In this document: in pieces, positions 58,953 through 64,000 of the stretch
Layout of the letters: each line of letters starts with the position of its first letter
How positions within the stretch are numbered: the stretch's first letter is position 1
NCBI GenBank assembly: GCA_017608305.1
Contig: JAFCGC010000001.1
Location: 38,744-102,743, forward strand
DNA: 64,000 bases
Direction of reading: 5' to 3'
Source: Candidatus Pacearchaeota archaeon
Lineage (GTDB): Archaea > Nanobdellota > Nanobdellia > Pacearchaeales > GW2011-AR1
The notes under the pieces: generated by a model
Told to the model about the DNA's origin: nothing
Database searches by the model: none
Seen by the model: the letters and a program-made list of their open reading frames with translations, nothing else
Program-made: the position numbers and the translations under genes

Positions 58953-59509
58953 TTTATCTTTGCCAGCATATCTATTTTTTCTTTTAACTTTACTTTATCT
59001 TCACTTGAACGGCCGTGGGCCATTTTATAGAACTTCTTCAAACTTTCTAAACTCAAAACATTACATTTTAATCCATTTAAATTAAAATATTTAAAATCTT
59101 TTGGAAAGGGTTTGTTTTTCTTTGGATCTTTATAATGATATTCAATTGAATCCAAAGAGACTTTAAGATCCTTTGAGATTTTTTTATTATTTCTTTTCTC
59201 TTTGGGATTGTATTCAATGGAATCGATCTCTATCTTTAATCTATTCTTAAAGATCTGAAGAACATGCCACTCTTTTATATTTTTGTGACTAATTTTTTTA
59301 CTTTTTACTATTTTGATAACTTTATCATAACACCTATCTGGAACTAAAAAATCAATATCATGAATTTCCATATTTTTATCTTTAGTATAATAATAATAAA
59401 CAGCTAGACTACCATGCACAACTGGCATGATGTTTAATTTATTACATAAAGCAACAATTTCTTTTCCAAAGTTAATAAGTTCAAAAAATTGTTTTGATGT
59501 TGTTTTCAT
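58949..59509 (-). CDS. Nucleotidyltransferase (KNTase/ANT/LinB-like Pol-beta fold)
   Basis: 'VVHGSLAVYYYT...HDIDFLV' (GS...DxD). Confidence 0.5.
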   Translation of the reverse strand: MKTTSKQFFELINFGKEIVALCNKLNIMPVVHGSLAVYYYYTKDKNMEIHDIDFLVPDRCYDKVIKIVKSKKISHKNIKEWHVLQIFKNRLKIEIDSIEYNPKEKRNNKKISKDLKVSLDSIEYHYKDPKKNKPFPKDFKYFNLNGLKCNVLSLESLKKFYKMAHGRSSEDKVKLKEKIDMLAKIK

Positions 59510-59510
59510 T

Positions 59511-60164
59511 TTATACTTTCTTTATCCCCAGCTTCTTTAATTCTCTAAAACATTGTTTATTATCCTTAAAAAGAATTGTTTTCATGCCTAGTTTTTTTGC
59601 TGGTTTGATATTCCAGGTCTGATTATCAATAAAAACAGTGTTTTTGGCAGGAAGTTTGAGTTTTTTTAATAATAACCTATAAATTTTAGGATTTGGTTTT
59701 CTCATGCCAACATTGCAAGAAACAATTACTTGATCAAAATTTTTGTAAAGTTTTTTTGGCATTAAAGCCTCTTGAGAAACAGGCCATTGGTCCGAAAGAA
59801 TTGCTATTTTATATCCTAATTTTTTTAATTTAAAGGCAAGAGAATATAGTTTTTTGTTTTGAGTAAAATTGTTTAAATAAGCTCTTAAAATTATTTTTTT
59901 TAATTTTCCTGGGTTTGTTTTGATGTTTCTAGAAATAACAGACAAGGCTTTTTTTTCAGTTGCTCTCCCTTCAATTGAATCAGCATAAATTGAATCAATT
60001 AAATCAAACCATTGATCTAATGATATTTTTAATTTATTTGAAATTTGTTGATGAACTCCAAGTGTGCAGTGTCCCCTTTTTTTAATTATAGTTGGATTTT
60101 TTGGTAAGAACAATACTCCCCCCACATCAAAGATTATTGCTTTTATTTGTGGTTTTTTTGTCAT
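59511..60164 (-). CDS. HAD-superfamily hydrolase
   Basis: Motif I 'IKAIIFDVGGVL'. Confidence 0.65.
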   Translation of the reverse strand: MTKKPQIKAIIFDVGGVLFLPKNPTIIKKRGHCTLGVHQQISNKLKISLDQWFDLIDSIYADSIEGRATEKKALSVISRNIKTNPGKLKKIILRAYLNNFTQNKKLYSLAFKLKKLGYKIAILSDQWPVSQEALMPKKLYKNFDQVIVSCNVGMRKPNPKIYRLLLKKLKLPAKNTVFIDNQTWNIKPAKKLGMKTILFKDNKQCFRELKKLGIKKV

Positions 60165-60904
60165 TTTTTCCTTAATACTGCAATATATTCCTCCTTTTTT
60201 TTGTTCAATGTCTTACTGCGAGTAAAATCTTTGTAAAGCTCCTTGACCTCAAACCCTGTTTGTTTAGCTAGTTTAATTAAAAGGACTAGGGGCAAATATC
60301 TCAAAACAATTGAAAAAGTCTCATTGACTTTTTTATCTTTGAGCAAACTTATGCAGGTAAATTTGGCTTGGGATTTAGAAGTTTTGGAAGGGGCATAAAT
60401 CATCTCTGTTGTCAAATCTCCCTTCTTAACGCTGTACTTTGCTGGTTTATTTGGGAATTCGAAAGGCAGACTGGATAAATCAATAATATACAATCCCCCT
60501 TTCTTTAAATTACTATTAACTGATTTAAAATGTGATACTAAATCTTTTTCTTTATTCATATGAAGTATTGAAGAAAACATTATGTATGCGGCATCAAATT
60601 TTCCAACTTTAAATTTCTTCATGTCTTTCTTATAAAGTTTTATTTTAACCCCCTCCTCCTTGGCTCTTTTGCTTGCCAACTTCAATAATGAACCAGATAA
60701 ATCAATTCCTGTAACCTTGTAGCCCTTTTTAGCTAATTTTCTTCCCTGAGGAGTATGCCCACATGCGATATCCAAAACACTTTTTACCTTGTATTTTAAA
60801 AATACTTTATCTAAGAAATTTACCTGTTGGTCTACTTTTCTGTAATCAAATCCTTTTTCATATAATTCTGGGTGTTTATGAAAAAAACTGAATTTTTTTG
60901 TCAT
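60161..60904 (-). CDS. Class I SAM-dependent methyltransferase
   Basis: 'VLDIACGHTPQGRKLAKKGYKVTGIDLS'. Confidence 0.65.
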   Translation of the reverse strand: MTKKFSFFHKHPELYEKGFDYRKVDQQVNFLDKVFLKYKVKSVLDIACGHTPQGRKLAKKGYKVTGIDLSGSLLKLASKRAKEEGVKIKLYKKDMKKFKVGKFDAAYIMFSSILHMNKEKDLVSHFKSVNSNLKKGGLYIIDLSSLPFEFPNKPAKYSVKKGDLTTEMIYAPSKTSKSQAKFTCISLLKDKKVNETFSIVLRYLPLVLLIKLAKQTGFEVKELYKDFTRSKTLNKKKEEYIAVLRKK

Positions 60905-60905
60905 T

Positions 60906-61679
60906 TTAAATCTTTTTTATTCCCAACTTCTCTAATTTATTTTGAACATGATTAAATAGCGTCGAGGAAATAAGTTGTTGGTGTGTTCCTTGGTGAACTT
61001 GTTTATCAAACTTATTCTTACCGAGATATGTTACATTAGTCAAAATTTTCTTGAGTCCATTAACACTAAACCCGTATTTTTTAGATATTTTAGTTAGACT
61101 ATCATTAGAATTCAGGAATTCTTGAAAAATTTCTTGAACTTGATAAGAGTGTTCTGTGGGAACTAGATTTTTATCTTCCATTCTATATCCAAATGGTGCT
61201 CTTGTAATTGGGCTACCATCTCTCACTTTTTTATCCATAGAGAATTTTGTCCTTTCTCCCGTAACATTTCTTTCAAATTCCGCCATAGCCGAGATTATAT
61301 GAAACATAAATTTCCCATTGGCGCTAGTTGTGTCTATTTTATCTTGTAAAGAAACAAACTCAATATCCCACTCTTTTAGTTTTTCTATAGTATTAATTAG
61401 ATCTCTTAAACTTCTTGAGAACCGATCAAGTTTATATATAAAAATAGCTTGGAATTTCTTAGCTTCAGCATCTTCTAATAATTGTGTTATTTCTGGTCTG
61501 CCTTTTAGATCTTTTCCTGATTTCCCTTCATCTTTGTAAATTCTACAGACCTCAAAACCTAGTGCCTTTGCATAATTTTGTAATGCCTCTTCTTGTGCTC
61601 CAAGCGAGACTCCGTGTCTGGCTTGTTCTTCTGTTGAAACACGGATATATATTGCTGCTAGGGGTTTAGTTTCTGTCAT
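60906..61679 (-). mobile_element. Serine recombinase (resolvase/invertase-type catalytic domain with C-terminal extension)
   Basis: 'AAIYIRVSTEEQARHGVSLGAQ' holds the catalytic Ser. Continues 'RFSRSLRDL...'. Confidence 0.75.
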
Positions 61680-62334
61680 TTTTTAGCATTTCGTTGAATT
61701 TCTTATAAGTGGGGGTGAATTTATAGATTTTCTTGAATAATTTATTGAATTGTGTCTGATTCTTTGCATCTTTGAGCGATTTGACTAATTGGAGGAGTTT
61801 TTGCTTCCCATAGTTATTAACAAGCAATCTTATCGCAAAGCCAGATTCTTTGTAAACCCCAGGCCCTGATTTCTTATAATAATCCAAGAACTCTGTAAAT
61901 CTGATTATTTTTCTTCTTCTAGGATATCCTCCATCCAAAAACATAGCTGTCCCTTCCCATAACCAATCCGGTTGGCAAATATCCTTTTTTGCTGCTATTT
62001 GAAAAAATAGGTGGGCTAGCTCGTGTTTTATTAATCTGGAATACTCTTGATCAGAATACTTGTGACAACTTTCTTTTTCGTAGCCCTTTTTATCTAGGAT
62101 ATAGATTGCTCTCCCTCCAACCCACCCTACTAACCAGTCAGGTGTTTTCTTCTCTCGAAATAAATCTATTGTCTTTCTATTCTTCATCAAAACGATTCGC
62201 GGCCTATTTCTTGTCCAATTTATTCCAAAAAATTTTCCTAATTCTGCCATGGATTTTTCATATCCTCGTTTGATTTTTATATCGACTCTAGAATTTAACT
62301 CAAATATCATCTTTCCTTTGTAATAAGCGTGCAC
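61666..62334 (-). CDS. HExxH zinc metallopeptidase-like protein (ImmA/IrrE/DUF955-like?)
   Basis: 'LIKHELAHLFFQ'. Confidence 0.35.
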   Translation of the reverse strand: MHAYYKGKMIFELNSRVDIKIKRGYEKSMAELGKFFGINWTRNRPRIVLMKNRKTIDLFREKKTPDWLVGWVGGRAIYILDKKGYEKESCHKYSDQEYSRLIKHELAHLFFQIAAKKDICQPDWLWEGTAMFLDGGYPRRRKIIRFTEFLDYYKKSGPGVYKESGFAIRLLVNNYGKQKLLQLVKSLKDAKNQTQFNKLFKKIYKFTPTYKKFNEMLKNDRN

Positions 62335-62502
62335 TTAGGTTTAAATAGTTATTGTTCACGGGCAACAAGGACCCCCTAAGTTAATGATTGTGCGAATCTT
62401 TTCAAAGGAAAAAGAGTGACAATGTACCTTGTGCGAACTATTTCAGAAGGAAATGTTATTTTTGTTCGCTAATGTTAACTTGTAAAGAGATTTAAATTAA
62501 AA

Positions 62503-62706
62503 TTAAACATTCTCATTAATAAATTTAGCGAGCTTATCATGACTATTACGATGTGTTAAGTGAAGTTTATAACATCCTTGTGGATCTTTCATTCTTCTAT
62601 ATTCAGAAACAAAGTTTACATCTTTTTTAATAGAGGGTTTTAAAAGGAAACTATTTTCTAATAATCTTCCGTCTAAATCATTAACAATAGACACCGAGCT
62701 TTCCAC
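62503..62706 (-). CDS. Hypothetical small protein
   Basis: 67 aa ORF with no recognisable motif. Confidence 0.2.
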   Translation of the reverse strand: MESSVSIVNDLDGRLLENSFLLKPSIKKDVNFVSEYRRMKDPQGCYKLHLTHRNSHDKLAKFINENV

Positions 62707-62906
62707 CCTTTATTATCTTCTCTCAAAAAAAAGCATATCCCTGACTCTTATGGTGAATATATAACCCTTCTCTTAGATTGTCTCCATCTCTATCTTTAAA
62801 TTTCATAAATTTATTTAAATTAAAAACTATTTAATAATTGTTGTACTAAAATATCTGTGGTTTTTCACCAAATTTTTCCATTAATTTTTATGGCCTGCAG
62901 GATGTG

Positions 62907-62927
62907 TGCACTAAGGTTGGCTAAGTG
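62907..62927. repeat. Direct repeat copy A 'TGCACTAAGGTTGGCTAAGT'
   Basis: 19/20 identical to 63394..63414. Confidence 0.7.
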
Positions 62928-62932
62928 AAGAA

Positions 62933-63307
62933 TTAATATTTTTTGTAAGGGTGGGGAGGATCACCTCCTTTTTTGTAAGGATTTTTTCCAAAAGGCCCCC
63001 AGTCTTCATTAGGGAAAAAAGGGCCACGGCCTCTTTCAGGCAAATCAGATTTTGGTTTCCAACCATCTGGAACCCTAGGATCTTTTAAACTAGGCCCAAG
63101 AATCATAGAATCGTCTGCTTTAAAATTTCCATTAAGATAATAATACTTTGCCTCAATAAATGTAAGGTGTATATCTTCTTCATCATTCCATACCACACCA
63201 AGAACCTCATAAATATATTCTTTATTTTGGGTATAAAGATAATAGTTCCCTTTATACCCCCCTTCTTTTAAATCATCTCCAAGTGTTCTCACCATAACTA
63301 AAGGCAA
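62933..63307 (-). CDS. Hypothetical protein (Pro/Gly/Lys-rich C-terminus)
   Basis: ORF flanked by ~21-bp direct repeats. Confidence 0.3.
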   Translation of the reverse strand: MPLVMVRTLGDDLKEGGYKGNYYLYTQNKEYIYEVLGVVWNDEEDIHLTFIEAKYYYLNGNFKADDSMILGPSLKDPRVPDGWKPKSDLPERGRGPFFPNEDWGPFGKNPYKKGGDPPHPYKKY

Positions 63308-63393
63308 TTGATTATTATTTTTAAAAATATCTGTGATATTTTGTTATCTTTTTTTCCAATTTTTTAATTCATCTTGATTTTTGGGGGGTGTTA

Positions 63394-63414
63394 TGCACTA
63401 AGGTTGCCTAAGTA
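63394..63414. repeat. Direct repeat copy B 'TGCACTAAGGTTGCCTAAGT'
   Basis: 19/20 identical to 62907..62927. Confidence 0.7.
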
Positions 63415-63441
63415 TCTGTCGTATTGAGTATTTATGTGTCG

Positions 63442-63996
63442 TAAACAGCTGTTTATTTGGTTTTATCGACGGAAAAGTCTTGGGTGTTTGCTTTATTTTA
63501 AACAGGGTGTTTGGCTGTTTATGAGTGTTTGTTGCTGTTTAAAACAGCTGTTTATGCTAAATTTTTTTCTATAAACAGCCCTTTTTCCACTGGAAATGCT
63601 GGGGCTTCGACACATAATTTGGTGTTTTTTGATTGGTGGATTTTAGAAGGTTTGTCGTCGAAAAAGAGAAAAATATTTAAAGAGATGGTGTTTTTATATG
63701 GTATGTTTGGGTGGTTTAAGAGAAAAAAAGAGGCAGAAGAACTAAAAGATGCGACACGAAAGGGTTTTGAAGATGTTAAAAAAGACATAAGTTCTGTAAG
63801 TGGTTGGATAAAACACCTTGATTCTGAAAAAAACTTGCAACAAAAAGAACTTGAGGGTATAAAAAAGTTTTTAGCGACGATAGAAAAAGAAATAGAAGGA
63901 ATAAAAAATGTGCTTTCAATTATGAATGATCTAAAAACAAACAGCCTGTTTAAAACACCCAAGGCTGTTTCTGATAAACAAACAGCTGTTTATGCT
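63442..63996. repeat. Cluster of palindromic 'AAACAGCTGTTTAT' sites and 'CTGTTTA' half-sites (iteron-like)
   Basis: Full sites at 63442..63456, 63542..63558 and 63980..63996. The last two are identical 17-mers 'AAACAGCTGTTTATGCT'. A degenerate site lies at ~63937..63955. Half-sites are at 63497, 63525 and 63571. Confidence 0.75.
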
Positions 63997-64000
63997 GTGC
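63685..64000 (+). CDS. Partial ORF (runs off the window): N-terminal hydrophobic segment plus coiled-coil-like K/E-rich region
   Basis: 'MVFLYGMFGWFKRKKEAEELKD...KELEGIKKFLATIEKEIEGIKN'. Its 3' part contains the palindromic repeats. Confidence 0.3.
   Translation, partial: MVFLYGMFGWFKRKKEAEELKDATRKGFEDVKKDISSVSGWIKHLDSEKNLQQKELEGIKKFLATIEKEIEGIKNVLSIMNDLKTNSLFKTPKAVSDKQTAVYAV

Noticed and set aside
63552-63962. 136-aa minus-strand ORF rich in F/S
   Set aside because: It has low-complexity composition and is antisense to a more plausible K/E-rich plus-strand ORF starting at 63685. It is likely an artefact of AT-rich sequence.
63442-63996. Possible CRISPR array suggested by repeated AAACAGCTGTTTAT
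   Set aside because: The repeats are palindromic, irregularly spaced, partly inside an ORF, and the few copies are not separated by unique spacers of constant length. They look like iterons rather than CRISPR.

Overview
This window is AT-rich (roughly 30% GC) archaeal DNA. Informational genes (eL18, L21e, RpoF/DUF655 synteny, RpoN, RpoD, Rpp21, separate SecF/SecD, stand-alone 5S) and short, overlapping, K/E-rich ORFs point to a small-genome DPANN-type archaeon.

Positions 1 to ~39.4 kb form one very large surface-glycan/lipid biosynthesis island. It carries about 25 glycosylation genes, including GT2, GT4, a GT9-NUDIX fusion, GT6 and two GT-C-type membrane glycosyltransferases. It also carries a Wzx flippase, an RfbB-RfbA fusion, RmlC-like and GalE/SDR epimerases, a DegT aminotransferase, a formyltransferase, a GNAT and three radical-SAM/SPASM enzymes.

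Two embedded modules stand out:
- A fosfomycin-like phosphonate pathway: a cytidylyltransferase-PEP mutase fusion, phosphonopyruvate decarboxylase, an Fe-ADH, a LicC-like cytidylyltransferase, a CDP-alcohol phosphotransferase and a B12-radical-SAM.
- A module resembling the mycobacterial decaprenyl-phospho-arabinose donor pathway: GtrA, SDR, FAD oxidoreductase, SDR, UbiA and PAP2.

An informational/core block follows: SecDF, three tRNAs, a stand-alone 5S rRNA flanked by a LAGLIDADG endonuclease gene, Rpp21 and RpoN. Next comes a MacB/FtsX-type ABC transporter operon containing three tandem small paralogs, then L21e-RpoF-DUF655, S13-S4-S11-RpoD, tRNA-Leu, and L18e-L13-S9. The last ~6 kb looks like an integrated mobile element, with a serine recombinase, an HExxH peptidase, a nucleotidyltransferase, and direct and palindromic repeats.

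All calls rest on motif-level reading of the translated ORFs. None has been checked against databases.
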